A stretch of DNA of 64,000 bases from assembly GCA_964474295.1 (NCBI GenBank), contig CAYYRN010000004.1:641-64640 (forward strand), written 5' to 3'. Shown here in pieces: positions 34,549 to 45,390 of this stretch; within the stretch, counting starts at the first letter, position 1, and each line of letters starts with the position of its first letter. The position numbers and the translations under genes were made by a program. A model generated the notes under the pieces. That model was not told the DNA's origin, searched no databases, and saw only the letters and a list, made by a program, of their open reading frames with translations. The DNA is from an uncultured Eubacteriales bacterium (GTDB taxonomy: Bacteria; Bacillota; Clostridia; Oscillospirales; Acutalibacteraceae).

Positions 34549-36732
34549 GTGACTTACGAAAACGGATACGAACAGTTAAGAGAAAAGCTTCAAAAGAATT
34601 TCACTTGTGAAGAAATCGAGATAATAGACAAGGCATATGCCTTTGCCGAAAAAGCTCATGACGGTCAGCTTAGATTTTCCGGTCAGCCGTATATCATACA
34701 TCCGGTTGCGGTGGCAACAATACTTGCGGATTTATGTATGGATTATCAATCGATTGTTGCCGCACTTTTGCACGATACGGTCGAGGATACGGATGTTTCC
34801 GTGGAAAAAATCAAGGATGAATACGGCGAAGATGTGGCAAAGCTTGTTGACGGAGTTACAAAGCTCGGTAAAGTTCCGCTTTCCACCCGTGAGGAGGAGC
34901 AGGCGGAAAACATAAGAAAAATGCTGCTTGCGATGAGTGAAGATATACGTGTTATTATCATCAAGCTTGCCGACAGACTGCACAATATGCGTACTCTTGA
35001 ATTTATGCGTCCGCAGAAAAGACGTGATAAGGCACTTGAAACCATAGAAATTTACGCACCTCTCGCACACAGGCTCGGTATCAGAACAATAAAAGAAGAA
35101 CTTGAGGATTTGGCAATAAGCTTCCTTGACCCTGTCGGCTACGAAGAAATCGAAACAAGGCTCGGCAATCAAATGGAGGAAAGGCAGAAATTTCTCGAAG
35201 ATATCAAGGTCAGAATAAAGGAAAGAATTTCAACCGTTATCCCCGACCCCAAAATTGCGGGCAGAATAAAGAGCGTTCACGGAATTTACCGAAAGATGTA
35301 TATGCAGAACAAGGATTTCGGTGAAATTTACGATATATATGCGGTAAGAATTATTGTGGATTCCGTAATCGATTGTTACAACTGCCTCGGAATTATCCAC
35401 GATATGTTTACCCCAATTCCCGGAAGATTCAAGGATTACATCTCAACTCCCAAACCGAATATGTATCAATCCCTGCACACAACCGTTATCGGCAAAGAGG
35501 GCATTGCGTTTGAAGTTCAAATAAGAACGTGGGAGATGCACTACACCGCAGAATACGGTATTGCCGCACATTGGAAATACAAGCTGGGCGAAGGCTCAAA
35601 GGCTAAAATAGACGAAAGGCTTGCGTGGGTAAGGCAGCTTCTTGAAAGCCAGCGTGAATCAGACACGGTGGAAGATATTGTATCGACAATAAAGAGCGAT
35701 TTTGTTCCCGAAGAGGTTTTTGTTTTCACCCCCAAGGGCGATGTTATTTCGCTTCCCGCAGGTGCGACGGTTATTGATTTTGCTTATGCCATCCACTCTG
35801 CGGTCGGCAACAAAATGGTCGGAGCAAAGGTGGACGGCAGAATTGTCCCGATTGATTTTGAAGTCAAAACAGGTCAGATTATCGAGGTTCTCACATCCTC
35901 ACAGCAAGGCAAGGGGCCGAGCAGGGATTGGCTGAAAATAGTTAAAACGAGCGAAGCCAGAACAAAAATCCGTGCGTGGTTCAAAAAAGAAAGAAGAAAA
36001 GAAAATATCGAAGAGGGCAAAGCCGAAATCGAAAGAGAATTCAGAAGAAATAAAATTATTCTTGACAACAGTTCTTTTGACAGTTTTGTCAAAAGCCTTG
36101 CCGAACGTCAGCATATGCCGAATGTCGAAGATTTTTATGCCGCAATCGGCTATGGCGGAATCAGTGTTATAAAAATGCTTCCGCAAATTAAGGAAAGCTA
36201 CACAAAGCTTGTGAAAACAGCGGCTCCCGCAGTCGATGAAATTGCCGTTACGGCACCGAAGAAAAAATCAAAAAGCAGCGAAGGTGTTACGGTCGAAAAT
36301 ATCGACAATTGCCTTATCAAATTTGCCCGCTGCTGCAACCCGCTGCCGGGCGACCCGATTATCGGCTTTATAACAAGAGGCTACGGCGTTTCCATACATA
36401 ACAGAAATTGTCCCAACGTGCCTCAAAATATAGAAGAAGCAAGCGAACCCGAAAGATGGGTAAAAGCAACGTGGGATTCCAATCTCAAAGAAGATTACAA
36501 TGCAACGCTTTCCGTTGTCTGTATTGATAAAGTCGGTCTTCTTGCCGAAATTTCGGGAAAATTTGCCGAAATGAGAGTTATGATTCATTCTGTTAATATG
36601 CGTTCGATTAAGGATGGCAGAGCCATAATGAATGTGACTATAACTATAAGCGGTGCGGAGCATTTGAAAAACGTTATGGCTAAAATTCAAAAAATCGACG
36701 GCGTATTGCTTGTGGAAAGAGCAGGTATTTAA
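34549..36732 (+). CDS. relA: bifunctional (p)ppGpp synthetase/hydrolase (RSH long form: HD, synthetase, TGS, ACT)
   Basis: HD domain [14 protein letters not shown]...LLHDTVEDT, synthetase block YRSLHTTV-like ([10 protein letters not shown]), [26 protein letters not shown]-terminal ACT. The GTG at 34549 has AGGTGA 5 nt upstream; the in-frame GTG at 34540 is also possible. Confidence 0.9.
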   Translation: MTYENGYEQLREKLQKNFTCEEIEIIDKAYAFAEKAHDGQLRFSGQPYIIHPVAVATILADLCMDYQSIVAALLHDTVEDTDVSVEKIKDEYGEDVAKLVDGVTKLGKVPLSTREEEQAENIRKMLLAMSEDIRVIIIKLADRLHNMRTLEFMRPQKRRDKALETIEIYAPLAHRLGIRTIKEELEDLAISFLDPVGYEEIETRLGNQMEERQKFLEDIKVRIKERISTVIPDPKIAGRIKSVHGIYRKMYMQNKDFGEIYDIYAVRIIVDSVIDCYNCLGIIHDMFTPIPGRFKDYISTPKPNMYQSLHTTVIGKEGIAFEVQIRTWEMHYTAEYGIAAHWKYKLGEGSKAKIDERLAWVRQLLESQRESDTVEDIVSTIKSDFVPEEVFVFTPKGDVISLPAGATVIDFAYAIHSAVGNKMVGAKVDGRIVPIDFEVKTGQIIEVLTSSQQGKGPSRDWLKIVKTSEARTKIRAWFKKERRKENIEEGKAEIEREFRRNKIILDNSSFDSFVKSLAERQHMPNVEDFYAAIGYGGISVIKMLPQIKESYTKLVKTAAPAVDEIAVTAPKKKSKSSEGVTVENIDNCLIKFARCCNPLPGDPIIGFITRGYGVSIHNRNCPNVPQNIEEASEPERWVKATWDSNLKEDYNATLSVVCIDKVGLLAEISGKFAEMRVMIHSVNMRSIKDGRAIMNVTITISGAEHLKNVMAKIQKIDGVLLVERAGI

Positions 36733-36734
36733 TT

Positions 36735-37196
36735 ATGAAAGCTGTAATACAACGTGTTACCTTTTCGGAGGTTAAGGTTGACGGTGAAACCGTCGGCAAA
36801 ATTGAAAACGGATTTATGATTTTGCTGGGTGTTGTCGAAGGCGACACAAAAAGCGAAGCGGATTTGCTTGCAAAGAAGACTGCGAATATGCGTATTTTCG
36901 AGGATGAAAACGGCAAGATGAACCTGTCGCTTCTCGACACAGACGGGGAGTGCCTTGTAATTTCGCAATTTACTCTTTGTGCCGATTGCAAAAAAGGTAA
37001 CAGACCGTCGTTTGTTTCCTCCGCAAAGCCGACTGAAGCAAATGAGCTTTATGAATATTTCATCGAAAAACTGAAAGAAAACGGTATTAAAAAAGTTGAA
37101 CACGGTCAGTTCGGTGCCGATATGAAGGTATCGCTTCTCAATGACGGCCCCGTAACAATTGTTCTCGATTCAGACATAATTAAGCCGAGAGGATGA
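36735..37196 (+). CDS. dtd: D-aminoacyl-tRNA deacylase
   Basis: 153 aa: MKAVIQRV...ILLGV...SQFTL...G.RPSF...NDGPVTI. Confidence 0.9.
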   Translation: MKAVIQRVTFSEVKVDGETVGKIENGFMILLGVVEGDTKSEADLLAKKTANMRIFEDENGKMNLSLLDTDGECLVISQFTLCADCKKGNRPSFVSSAKPTEANELYEYFIEKLKENGIKKVEHGQFGADMKVSLLNDGPVTIVLDSDIIKPRG

Positions 37197-37202
37197 TGTG
37201 CT

Positions 37203-37844
37203 GTGAAAATCAAAACTTTGATTCTCGGAGAAATGAGAACCAATTGCTATGTTCTTACAGAGGAAAAGTCCGGTGTTTCTGCGGTTGTTGACCCCGGCGA
37301 GTTTTCAACGGAGCTTGAAAAAGCCGTTGAGAATTTGTGCGTTGAATATATACTCGTCACCCACGGACATTTTGACCACATTATGGGTGTTAAAAAGCTG
37401 AAAGAAAAGACGGGTGCAAAAATTGTCATAGGCATCGGTGACAGTGAATGTTTGAACGGAGATATGCACAATCTTTGCACTCAGGCAGGTTACAGCCTTG
37501 ACAAATGCAGTGCCGATATCACCGTCAGCGACGGCGACACTTTTAAAATCGGTGAAGAAAACGTAAAAGTTCTCCATACCCCCGGTCATTCTGTCGGTTC
37601 GGTGTGTTATCTTTTGGAGGATTCACGCATTATGATGTCGGGCGACACTTTGTTTTGCCTGACCTGCGGCAGGACGGATATGTACGGCGGAAACTCGGAG
37701 GATATGCTAAGTTCCCTTATACGGCTTAAAAATCTTGAGGGGGATTATGAGGTTTATCCCGGTCACAACAGAAAAACAACTCTTTCGGAAGAAAGAATCA
37801 GGAACAGATATATGAAAAGAGATTTGAATAAATGGTATTGGTAA
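37203..37844 (+). CDS. MBL-fold metallo-hydrolase (glyoxalase II-like)
   Basis: NCYVL, VTHGHFDHIMG, HTPGHSVGS, YPGH. The position after dtd is conserved in Clostridia. Confidence 0.75.
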   Translation: MKIKTLILGEMRTNCYVLTEEKSGVSAVVDPGEFSTELEKAVENLCVEYILVTHGHFDHIMGVKKLKEKTGAKIVIGIGDSECLNGDMHNLCTQAGYSLDKCSADITVSDGDTFKIGEENVKVLHTPGHSVGSVCYLLEDSRIMMSGDTLFCLTCGRTDMYGGNSEDMLSSLIRLKNLEGDYEVYPGHNRKTTLSEERIRNRYMKRDLNKWYW

Positions 37845-39259
37845 ACTTAAATCACAAATTTAATTACGAAACGGAAAATCTCTGCCGTGTTTTCTTTCCT
37901 TTGGAAAAAATCGAGGTTGTAAACGAGGATAAGGAATGTTGCAGAAAAATAATCACCGAAAAATCGGGTGCTGAAATTTCCGTAAAGGTTCTTTTTGAAG
38001 AACGTGAAATATCTCTTGAAAAGGTATGCGATGACAAAGCCGATTTTGAGCTTGAAATCGCAACGCTTCTTTTTAAAGCACTCACCGAGCTTACCTCATA
38101 CACACCGTCGTGGGGACTTCTCACGGGTGTCAGGCCCTCAAAGCTTATGCTGAAGCTTTGTGAGGAAAAAGGCGAAGAAGAAGCGGTAAATTATTTCAAA
38201 AACAGTCTGCTTGTAAGCGGCGAAAAAACACAGCTTGCGCTTAATGTCGCAAAATGCGAGGAAAAAATAATATCGCTCTCAAAACCCGAATCATTCAGCC
38301 TTTACATATCGATACCTTTTTGCCCGACAAGGTGCAGTTATTGTTCTTTTGTTTCACATTCGATAGAAAAAACGAAAAAATTAATGCAGCCGTACGTTGA
38401 AAATTTGTGCCGTGAAATTGAACTTACGGGTAAAATCGCAAAAGAATTGAATCTTTGCTTGGAAACCGTGTATTTCGGCGGCGGCACACCGACAACGCTT
38501 TCCCCCGAACAGCTTGAAACGCTGCTTAAAGCAGTAAGAGACAGTTTTGACCTTTCAACCTGCTTTGAATATACGGTGGAAGCCGGCAGACCGGACACCG
38601 TCACCCGTGAAAAACTCGAAGTGCTGAAAAGAAACGGTGTCGGCAGAATAAGTATAAATCCGCAGACTTTTAACGATAAGGTTCTTGAAAATATCGGAAG
38701 ACGTCACACATCCGAACAAACCCTGCGTGCATACGAAACGGCAAGAAGTGTCGGATTCGATAACATAAATATGGATTTGATAGCCGGTTTGTCGGGTGAT
38801 ACGCTTGAAAGCTTTTCGGAAACTCTCGATAAAATAAACGAGCTTTCTCCCGAAAACGTAACCGTACACACTTTGGCACTTAAACGTTCCTCAACTCTTG
38901 CGGGGGATACAACGTCTTTGTCAAGCGGAACGCTTGCAAACAGTATGATAAATCTTTCTCACGAAAAGCTGCGTGCGTATGAGCCTTATTATATGTACAG
39001 ACAAAGCAAATCCCTCGGAAATTTGGAAAATGTCGGTTGGTGCAAGAAAGGCTTTGAGTGTGCATATAATATCTTTATGATGGAAGAATGTCATACAATT
39101 CTCGCTTGCGGGGCAGGTGCGGTAACAAAGCTTAAAGACCCGAACTCGAATTTAATCGAACGTATTTTTAATTTTAAATATCCGTATGAATATAATGACA
39201 GACTTTCACAACTGCTTGAAAGAAAAAAACGTATTTACGGTTTTTATTCGGAGAGGTGA
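37832..39259 (+). CDS. HemN/HemZ-like radical SAM protein (oxygen-independent coproporphyrinogen-III-oxidase-like)
   Basis: Radical SAM cluster motif IPFCPTRCSYCSF, YFGGGTPT, SINPQTF. It has a long N-terminal extension as in HemZ-type proteins. Overlaps the upstream gene by 13 nt. Confidence 0.7.
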   Translation: MVLVNLNHKFNYETENLCRVFFPLEKIEVVNEDKECCRKIITEKSGAEISVKVLFEEREISLEKVCDDKADFELEIATLLFKALTELTSYTPSWGLLTGVRPSKLMLKLCEEKGEEEAVNYFKNSLLVSGEKTQLALNVAKCEEKIISLSKPESFSLYISIPFCPTRCSYCSFVSHSIEKTKKLMQPYVENLCREIELTGKIAKELNLCLETVYFGGGTPTTLSPEQLETLLKAVRDSFDLSTCFEYTVEAGRPDTVTREKLEVLKRNGVGRISINPQTFNDKVLENIGRRHTSEQTLRAYETARSVGFDNINMDLIAGLSGDTLESFSETLDKINELSPENVTVHTLALKRSSTLAGDTTSLSSGTLANSMINLSHEKLRAYEPYYMYRQSKSLGNLENVGWCKKGFECAYNIFMMEECHTILACGAGAVTKLKDPNSNLIERIFNFKYPYEYNDRLSQLLERKKRIYGFYSER

Positions 39260-39266
39260 CGGTTAA

Positions 39267-40190
39267 TTGGCAAAAATTGAGAATGAGCTTGGCTTTATCG
39301 TCGAAAATGCCCTGAATAATAAAAAAGAATTGATTGAAAAATCGGAATTGAATTATGAAAAAATTATCGATTCGGTTTCCGAAAAAATAAACGGTGACAG
39401 CAACAAAAAAATTGTTATGCTTGCGGGGCCGAGCGGTTCGGGAAAAACAACAACCGCAGGCAAGATAAAAGAAAAGCTGGAACTTTTCGGTCATAAGGCA
39501 TATACCGTAAGCCTCGATGACTTTTATAAAAACATAGGCGAAGGGCCGAAAAACGAGGACGGCTCAAATGATTTTGAATCGGTTGATTCTCTCGATACCG
39601 AACTTATAAGAAAATGTCTCGGTGAATTGATTGAAGGCTCTAAAAGCGAACTGCCGCTGTTTGATTTTATGACGGGCAGAAGAAGAAGCGAAAAGAATGT
39701 TATAGAACTGAAAGAAGATGATGTAATAATTGTCGAGGGTTTGCATGCTTTAAACCCTGCCGTTGTTTCGGCTTTGCCGCAGGAAAACCTTTTTAAAATT
39801 TACATCAGCGTGTCTTCGAGAATTTATGATAAAAACGAGGTTCTTTTGACAAAGAGAGATTTACGTTTCGTAAGACGTATGATAAGGGATTTTCAATTCA
39901 GAAACAGTCCCGTAGAACATACTTATTCTCTTTGGCCGGCGGTGCTGAACGGCGAAGAAAAATTTCTTTTTCCGTTCAGGAAAAATGCTGACGAAACGAT
40001 AAATTCGATTCACATTTACGAACCGTGTGTTTTTAAAGACGAAGCGATAAGCCTCCTTTCCACGGTGAAAAAAGAAAGTGTAAATTACGAAGATGCGAGG
40101 GAGCTTATCTCCAAGCTTAACAAATTTCCGTCAATCGAAAAAAATCTTGTTCCCGAAAAATCACTGTTGCGAGAATTTTTGGGAAGATAA
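39267..40190 (+). CDS. P-loop nucleoside kinase family protein (uridine kinase/phosphoribulokinase-like)
   Basis: Walker A LAGPSGSGKTTTAGKI, then SLDDFY and IVEGLHALNP. TTG start after GGAGAGGTGA. Confidence 0.55.
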   Translation: MAKIENELGFIVENALNNKKELIEKSELNYEKIIDSVSEKINGDSNKKIVMLAGPSGSGKTTTAGKIKEKLELFGHKAYTVSLDDFYKNIGEGPKNEDGSNDFESVDSLDTELIRKCLGELIEGSKSELPLFDFMTGRRRSEKNVIELKEDDVIIVEGLHALNPAVVSALPQENLFKIYISVSSRIYDKNEVLLTKRDLRFVRRMIRDFQFRNSPVEHTYSLWPAVLNGEEKFLFPFRKNADETINSIHIYEPCVFKDEAISLLSTVKKESVNYEDARELISKLNKFPSIEKNLVPEKSLLREFLGR

Positions 40191-40196
40191 TATGAG

Positions 40197-41990
40197 GTGA
40201 AACATTTGGAAAAAGTTGAAAAAAAGCAGACAATGCTAAACGGTGCTTTGATTTTAATGATAGCCACGGCAATCGGCTCGATTATAGGGGCGCTTTATAA
40301 ACTTCCGCTTACCGCACTTATAGGTGAGGTGGGCAGAGGATATTTTGCCTCCGCATATCAAATATATGTGCCGATTTACGCCATTTCAATGGCAGGATTA
40401 CCCGTTGCGGTTTCAAAACTTGTCAGTGAATATTTTGCATCGAACAGATACCGTGATGCAATGAACGTAAAAAAAATCGCCGGAAGACTTTTCCTTATAA
40501 CCGGAATCGCCGGTACGGTTTTGCTTATGATACTTGCATATCCTTATTCCGCATGGATTTGTGATACGCCCCAGACCGTATGGAGTATTCTTGCAATAGC
40601 TCCGTCGATTTTCTTCTGCTGTCTTATGTCGACTTACAGAGGATATTATGAAGGCTCACGCAATATGGTGCCGACTGCCGTTACGGAAATTGTGGAAAAT
40701 GTCGGCAGACTTGTTTTCGGACTTGCATTTTCTTACATAGTGATGAAAATGGGTACGTCCGAATTTGAAGCGTCCGGTACTGTTTTCGGCAATGCCGTCG
40801 AAAACGAAAGCGAAGCCTTGAGCATTATGTACCCTTTCGCTGCCGCAGCGGCTATTTTGGGTGTTACGGTGGGTACGGTTTTTGCTTTCCTTTATGTTCA
40901 CATAAGGTATAAAGTCAAGGGTTCGGGTATTACAAGAATTCAGCTTGTAAATTCGCTTCCCGCACAGCCGAAAGCTCAAACGGCAAAAAGACTTATTTCG
41001 CTTGCAATTCCTATGGTTATAAGCTCGCTTGTTTTGAACATTTCAAACCTTATCGATGCTTCGCTTATTCAAAAATGTCTCAGTGTCGCTCTTGAAAAGG
41101 ATTATGATTTAATTTATAATATGTACAAAGCGTCTCTCGATGCTTCGGAAACTCTAAGGGAAGATACAAAAACTTACCTTTACGGTTGCTATTTTGCTTC
41201 TCAGGATTTGAGGAACATAATTCCGTCTATTACAATGGCACTCGGTGTAAGTGCAATTCCTGCACTTTCCGCAGCATACACGGTCAAAGACAGAAAAGCT
41301 CAAAAAAGCACAATTGAGTCGGTCTTGAGAATTACTTCTCTCATTGCTTTGCCTGCGGGTATAGGTATGGGCGTGCTGTCGGAGCCTATTTTGACACTTT
41401 TTTACGGCGGAACAAATTCACAAAACCTTATACCCATCGCCGCACCGATTATGGCTGTTACCTGCTATGCTACTTTTTTCTTTGCGATTTCATCGCCTAT
41501 TACGAATATGCTTCAAGCCATCGGCAGAGCAGATGTGCCGGTAAAAAGTCTGCTTGTCGGCTCGGTTGTGAAAATAGTTGCCGATATTGTTCTTGTAAGC
41601 AATCCGAAGTATAACATAAAGGGTGCGGTTGTCGGCACAATTCTTTGCTATGTTATAATTGTTGTGATAAATTTCATTTCGCTTATTAAATTTTCAAAAG
41701 TGAAAATCAATCTGGTTTCCGCTTTCTTTAAGCCGTTTGTTTGCGCCGCTTTCAGTTCTCTTGTGGGATATATGGCATATGTCGGAATCGAACACCTTTT
41801 CCCCGCTTCGGATTATTCGACAAGATTTAACGGTTCTACCGTTTCGTGCATAATTTCGGTGGTAATTATTATGGTAGTTTATCTGATTTCGATGCTTTTA
41901 ATACGCGGTTTATCGGAAGAAGACATAAAAATGTTGCCCAAAGGAGAAAAAATTGCAAAAATGCTTGAAAAATATAAACTTTTAGGTTAA
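40197..41990 (+). CDS. yabM: MOP-superfamily polysaccharide/lipid-II flippase-like membrane protein (YabM/SpoVB/MurJ-like)
   Basis: About 14 hydrophobic spans. N-terminus GALILMIATAIGSIIGALYKLPLTALIGEVGRGYFASAYQIY. The position directly upstream of mazG mirrors Bacillus yabM-yabN. The start could be the ATG at 40233. Confidence 0.6.
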   Translation: MKHLEKVEKKQTMLNGALILMIATAIGSIIGALYKLPLTALIGEVGRGYFASAYQIYVPIYAISMAGLPVAVSKLVSEYFASNRYRDAMNVKKIAGRLFLITGIAGTVLLMILAYPYSAWICDTPQTVWSILAIAPSIFFCCLMSTYRGYYEGSRNMVPTAVTEIVENVGRLVFGLAFSYIVMKMGTSEFEASGTVFGNAVENESEALSIMYPFAAAAAILGVTVGTVFAFLYVHIRYKVKGSGITRIQLVNSLPAQPKAQTAKRLISLAIPMVISSLVLNISNLIDASLIQKCLSVALEKDYDLIYNMYKASLDASETLREDTKTYLYGCYFASQDLRNIIPSITMALGVSAIPALSAAYTVKDRKAQKSTIESVLRITSLIALPAGIGMGVLSEPILTLFYGGTNSQNLIPIAAPIMAVTCYATFFFAISSPITNMLQAIGRADVPVKSLLVGSVVKIVADIVLVSNPKYNIKGAVVGTILCYVIIVVINFISLIKFSKVKINLVSAFFKPFVCAAFSSLVGYMAYVGIEHLFPASDYSTRFNGSTVSCIISVVIIMVVYLISMLLIRGLSEEDIKMLPKGEKIAKMLEKYKLLG

Positions 41991-42023
41991 AATAGATTTT
42001 GCTATCTGTTTGGAGGACGTAAA

Positions 42024-42818
42024 ATGGTTGATTCGTTTGAATTTAAAGACAGGTATAACTTTTATGACCTTGTAAATATTATGAAAGCCTTGCGTGGAAA
42101 AGGCGGTTGTCCGTGGGATGCCGAGCAAACGCATGAGAGCATAAAAAAGAATTTTATCGAAGAAACCTATGAGGTAATCGAAGCGATAAACAAGAAAAAT
42201 CCGGAACTTCTCTGTGAGGAACTCGGTGATGTTCTTTTGCAGGTTGTTTTCCATTCGGAAATGGAAAGCGAAAAAGGTGTTTTTGCCGTTGATGACGTAA
42301 CGGACGGAATTTGCAAAAAGCTTATCGAACGGCATCCTCACGTTTTCGGTGAAGTAAAGGTAAACGGTGTGGGCGATGTCCTTGACAATTGGGATGTGAT
42401 TAAAAGAAGCACCAAGGGTCAAAAAACTCAGTCACAGGCAATGCAGTGCGTACCCCGTGAGCTTCCCGCTTTGATGAGAAGCACGAAAATTCAGGAAAAA
42501 GCAAAAAAAGCAGGCTTTGACTGGGAAAATATCGATGACGTTTTCGCAAAGCTTGACGAAGAAATCCTCGAACTGAAAAATGCTTACAAATCGGGTGTTA
42601 AAAAGGATATTGAGGAAGAATTGGGCGATGTGCTGTTCAGCACGGTTAATTTGTCAAGGTTTTTGTCGTGTGATGCTGAGGAAGCTTTGACATCTTCCTG
42701 CGATAAATTTATTTCACGTTATACAAAGGTCGAAAATCTCGCAAAAGAAAGAGGTATCGATATGAAAGATGCTTCTCTTGAAGAGCTGGACGGGCTTTGG
42801 AACGAAATTAAGTCTTGA
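42024..42818 (+). CDS. mazG: nucleoside triphosphate pyrophosphohydrolase MazG (tandem MazG domains)
   Basis: CPWDAEQTHESIKKNFIEETYEVIEAI, LCEELGDVLLQVVFH, second domain EEELGDVLFSTVNLSRF. Confidence 0.9.
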   Translation: MVDSFEFKDRYNFYDLVNIMKALRGKGGCPWDAEQTHESIKKNFIEETYEVIEAINKKNPELLCEELGDVLLQVVFHSEMESEKGVFAVDDVTDGICKKLIERHPHVFGEVKVNGVGDVLDNWDVIKRSTKGQKTQSQAMQCVPRELPALMRSTKIQEKAKKAGFDWENIDDVFAKLDEEILELKNAYKSGVKKDIEEELGDVLFSTVNLSRFLSCDAEEALTSSCDKFISRYTKVENLAKERGIDMKDASLEELDGLWNEIKS

Positions 42819-42872
42819 AAACACTTTTTTCAGGTGTTTCAAAATAAAAAAATAATATGGAGGAAAAAGCAA

Positions 42873-43142
42873 ATGAATAAGACAGAATTGGTTGCAGCAG
42901 TTGCAGAAAAAGGTTTTTCAAAGAAAGATGCTGAAAAAGCAGTAGCAGCAGTTTTCGGTTCAATTGAGGAAGCACTCAAAGCAGGCGATAAAGTACAGCT
43001 TATCGGCTTCGGTACATTTGAAGTTCGTGAGCGTGCGGCAAAACAGGGACGTAACCCCAGAACAGGCGAAGCTATGACATTTGAAGCATCAAAAGTTCCC
43101 GCATTTAAAGCAGGCGCTTCGCTTAAAGCAGCAGTTAAATAA
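42873..43142 (+). CDS. hup: HU-family DNA-binding protein
   Basis: [13 protein letters not shown]...[31 protein letters not shown] precedes the ATG at 42873. The track start at 42834 is an extension. Confidence 0.9.
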   Translation: MNKTELVAAVAEKGFSKKDAEKAVAAVFGSIEEALKAGDKVQLIGFGTFEVRERAAKQGRNPRTGEAMTFEASKVPAFKAGASLKAAVK

Positions 43143-43156
43143 TTTGTTTATTGCTA

Positions 43157-43193
43157 TCAACGGGGGCAGCCAAACGGCTGTCCCTTGATTTTT
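43157..43193 (+). terminator. Rho-independent terminator after hup
   Basis: GC-rich stem GGGGCAGCC / GGCTGTCCC (one G-U pair) with tetraloop AAAC, then TTGATTTTTA. Confidence 0.7.
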
Positions 43194-43219
43194 ACCGTGT
43201 TTTTTTCGGGAGGTTTGTT

Positions 43220-43465
43220 ATGAGACTCGATAAATATCTCAAGGTTTCACGTCTTATAAAAAGACGTACGGTTGCAAACGAGGTTTGCGATGCAAAGCAC
43301 GTTTCGGTCAACGGCAAGGTTGCAAGAGCTTCTTACGATGTTAAAGTCGGGGATGTAATCGAAATTCAGATGGGTTCCAACTTGACAAAAGCAGAGGTTC
43401 TTAACGTAAGCGAACACGCAACAAAAAATGACGCACCGTTGATGTACAAAATTATCAATAATTGA
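43220..43465 (+). CDS. yabO: S4-domain RNA-binding protein (YabO/Hsp15-like)
   Basis: MRLDKYLKVSRLIKRRTVANEVCDAKHVSVNGKVARASYDVKVGDVIEI. The ATG at 43220 lies after GGGAGG. The track start at 43151 runs through the hup terminator. Confidence 0.8.
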   Translation: MRLDKYLKVSRLIKRRTVANEVCDAKHVSVNGKVARASYDVKVGDVIEIQMGSNLTKAEVLNVSEHATKNDAPLMYKIINN

Positions 43466-43535
43466 ATAAAAAATCTTCTTGCCGAATATATTTTACAATG
43501 ATGTTCCGATATTTTGTGCAAGGAGTTTTTTATTT

Positions 43536-43811
43536 ATGGATGAAAAAAGGATAAAAATGCCGCATAATCTTGTAATGGAGGACAGACGCAGCCTTTCGAT
43601 AACCGGTGTTTGCGATGTTGACAGTTTTGACGAAAGCACGATAATAGTTTTTACCGATTTGGGAGAGCTTACCGTAAGGGGAGAAGACCTGCACATCAAA
43701 AACCTTAATATAGAAGCGGGCGAGGTTTCTCTCGAAGGCAAAATTTCTTCGCTTGCGTATGCCGAAAATGCGGCAAAGCAAACGGGTTTCTTCGGCAGAG
43801 TTTTCAGGTGA
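43536..43811 (+). CDS. yabP: sporulation protein YabP
   Basis: HNLVMEDRRSLSITGVCDVDSFDESTIIVFTDLGELTVRGEDLHIKNLNIEAGEVSLEGKI. AAGGAG lies upstream of the ATG at 43536. Confidence 0.85.
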   Translation: MDEKRIKMPHNLVMEDRRSLSITGVCDVDSFDESTIIVFTDLGELTVRGEDLHIKNLNIEAGEVSLEGKISSLAYAENAAKQTGFFGRVFR

Positions 43812-43816
43812 TGTGA

Positions 43817-44302
43817 ATGTATCTTGACACTATCGGTGAGCAAGGCCGCCTTTTCCTTTATTCCTGCGGTTTCGGATTTTTTCTTTCGGCTTTGTTTGAC
43901 GTTTTTGAATTTGCGGGAGAATTTTTGCCGAGAAGAAAAACGGTGTATATTGTTCGCGATGTTTTGTATATGGTTTTATGCACGTTTCTTCTTTTCTTTT
44001 TCAATTTGGCGGCAGATGACGGCAGATTCAAATTCTATATTTACGCGTCCTCCGCAATAGGCTGGCTTGTGTATTATTTTTCACTCGGCTTTTTTACAAG
44101 AAGCATAAGAAAAACAATTTCAACGCTTGTCAGACGTTGTTTTGTTAAAATTAAAAAGCTGATTTCATCAATTATATTGAAATTGAAAGAAAAAAGAGTA
44201 AAAAAATCAAAAAAAAATAAAATTTCCTCAAATTTACTATTGCAAGATAATGAAAAGTTGTTGTATAATAAGAAAGAAAATTCGGACGAAAGGAAAGGTT
44301 GA
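43817..44302 (+). CDS. yabQ: spore cortex biosynthesis membrane protein YabQ
   Basis: Hydrophobic N-terminal two-thirds (FLYSCGFGFFLSALFDVFEF..., LYMVLCTFLLFFFNL) with a basic tail. Position after yabP. Confidence 0.7.
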   Translation: MYLDTIGEQGRLFLYSCGFGFFLSALFDVFEFAGEFLPRRKTVYIVRDVLYMVLCTFLLFFFNLAADDGRFKFYIYASSAIGWLVYYFSLGFFTRSIRKTISTLVRRCFVKIKKLISSIILKLKEKRVKKSKKNKISSNLLLQDNEKLLYNKKENSDERKG

Positions 44303-44310
44303 GGAAATTT

Positions 44311-44592
44311 ATGAAATCGTTTTTTCAAAAAAGAAGTTTCATTCTTATCGTTGCCTCAATTGCTTTCGTTTGCTTTTCTGTTGTGCTGATTGTCAATCTT
44401 ACAAACACTGCGGTTGAAAAGAAAAAAGAGTATGAAAGCGTTTCGAGAAAGTTAGAAGAAGAAAGCTCGGAAAACGAAGAACTCGAAAAAGAACTGAAAA
44501 ACGGAATCAGCGAAGAAGAAAAGGAATATATCGCCCGTGATGAATTGGGTTATATTTTACCCGGAGAGCACGTCTATGCCGATGCTTCTTAA
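44311..44592 (+). CDS. divIC: septum formation initiator family protein (DivIC/FtsB-like)
   Basis: N-terminal TM FILIVASIAFVCFSVVLIV, coiled-coil EKKKEYESVSRKLEEESSENEELEKELKN, C-terminal YIARDELGYILPGE. Position after yabQ as in Bacillus. Confidence 0.75.
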   Translation: MKSFFQKRSFILIVASIAFVCFSVVLIVNLTNTAVEKKKEYESVSRKLEEESSENEELEKELKNGISEEEKEYIARDELGYILPGEHVYADAS

Positions 44593-44638
44593 AGGGTGTT
44601 AAGTATAAAAACATTTTTCGGAGGAAGACAGTTAATTT

Positions 44639-45082
44639 ATGCAGTTAGAAATCGGAACAATCTGTGAAGGCAAAGTAAGCGGAATCACAAATTTCGGGGC
44701 ATTTATTTCTTTGCCCGGCGGAAAAACGGGAATGGTACATATCTCTGAGGTATCCAACAAGTTTATCAAGGATATCAGAGAGGTTCTTACGGAAAACCAA
44801 GATGTTAAGGTGAAGATTATTTCCATCGGTGAAGACGGTAAAATCAGCCTTTCCATCAAGCAGACCGAAAAGCAGGAGGAAAGGCCGAGAAAGCCGAGAA
44901 CTCCCCGAAATGCCGATGTTTGGCAGGGCGGAAAAAACGAACCCAAAGAGAATATGTCATTTGAAGATATGATGGCAAAGTTCAAGCAGGTTAGTGATGA
45001 AAAAATGACTGACCTGAAACGTTCCAAGGAATCAAAGCACGGCGGCTTTTCAAGAGGCGCTCGAAAAGGTCAGAACGGCTGA
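44639..45082 (+). CDS. yabR: S1-domain RNA-binding protein (YabR-like)
   Basis: GTICEGKVSGITNFGAFISLPGGKTGMVHISEVS..., followed by a basic tail. Confidence 0.8.
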   Translation: MQLEIGTICEGKVSGITNFGAFISLPGGKTGMVHISEVSNKFIKDIREVLTENQDVKVKIISIGEDGKISLSIKQTEKQEERPRKPRTPRNADVWQGGKNEPKENMSFEDMMAKFKQVSDEKMTDLKRSKESKHGGFSRGARKGQNG

Positions 45083-45135
45083 TATTTTCGGATTTTTTGT
45101 ACACAATAATGTTTGTTAAGAAAGGAAGTTTTAAA

Positions 45136-45339
45136 ATGCAAAACGTAAATAAAGAAATGCTCATCGGGGATATTCTCGATAATGCACCCGATACGGCACA
45201 GTTTTTCCTTGCAATGGGAATGCACTGTCTCGGCTGTCCCTCGGCAAGAGGGGAAAGCATTGAACAGGCTTGTATGGTTCACGGAACCGATGCGGATGAG
45301 CTTGTGAAAAACATCAACGATTTTCTTGCAAAAAAATAA
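45136..45339 (+). CDS. DUF1858-type small redox-disulfide domain protein (hybrid-cluster-protein-associated domain)
   Basis: IGDILDNAPDTAQFFLAMGMHCLGCPSARGESIEQACMVHGTDADELVKNINDFL. The ATG at 45136 follows AAAGGAAG. Confidence 0.65.
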   Translation: MQNVNKEMLIGDILDNAPDTAQFFLAMGMHCLGCPSARGESIEQACMVHGTDADELVKNINDFLAKK

Positions 45340-45354
45340 TTCGATTTTATGCGA

Positions 45355-45390
45355 AGCCGTAAAAAACGCAAGTTTTTTACGGCTCTTTTC
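45355..45390 (+). terminator. Rho-independent terminator after the DUF1858 gene
   Basis: 13-bp stem AGCCGTAAAAAAC / GTTTTTTACGGCT, loop GCAA, then CTTTTC. Confidence 0.8.
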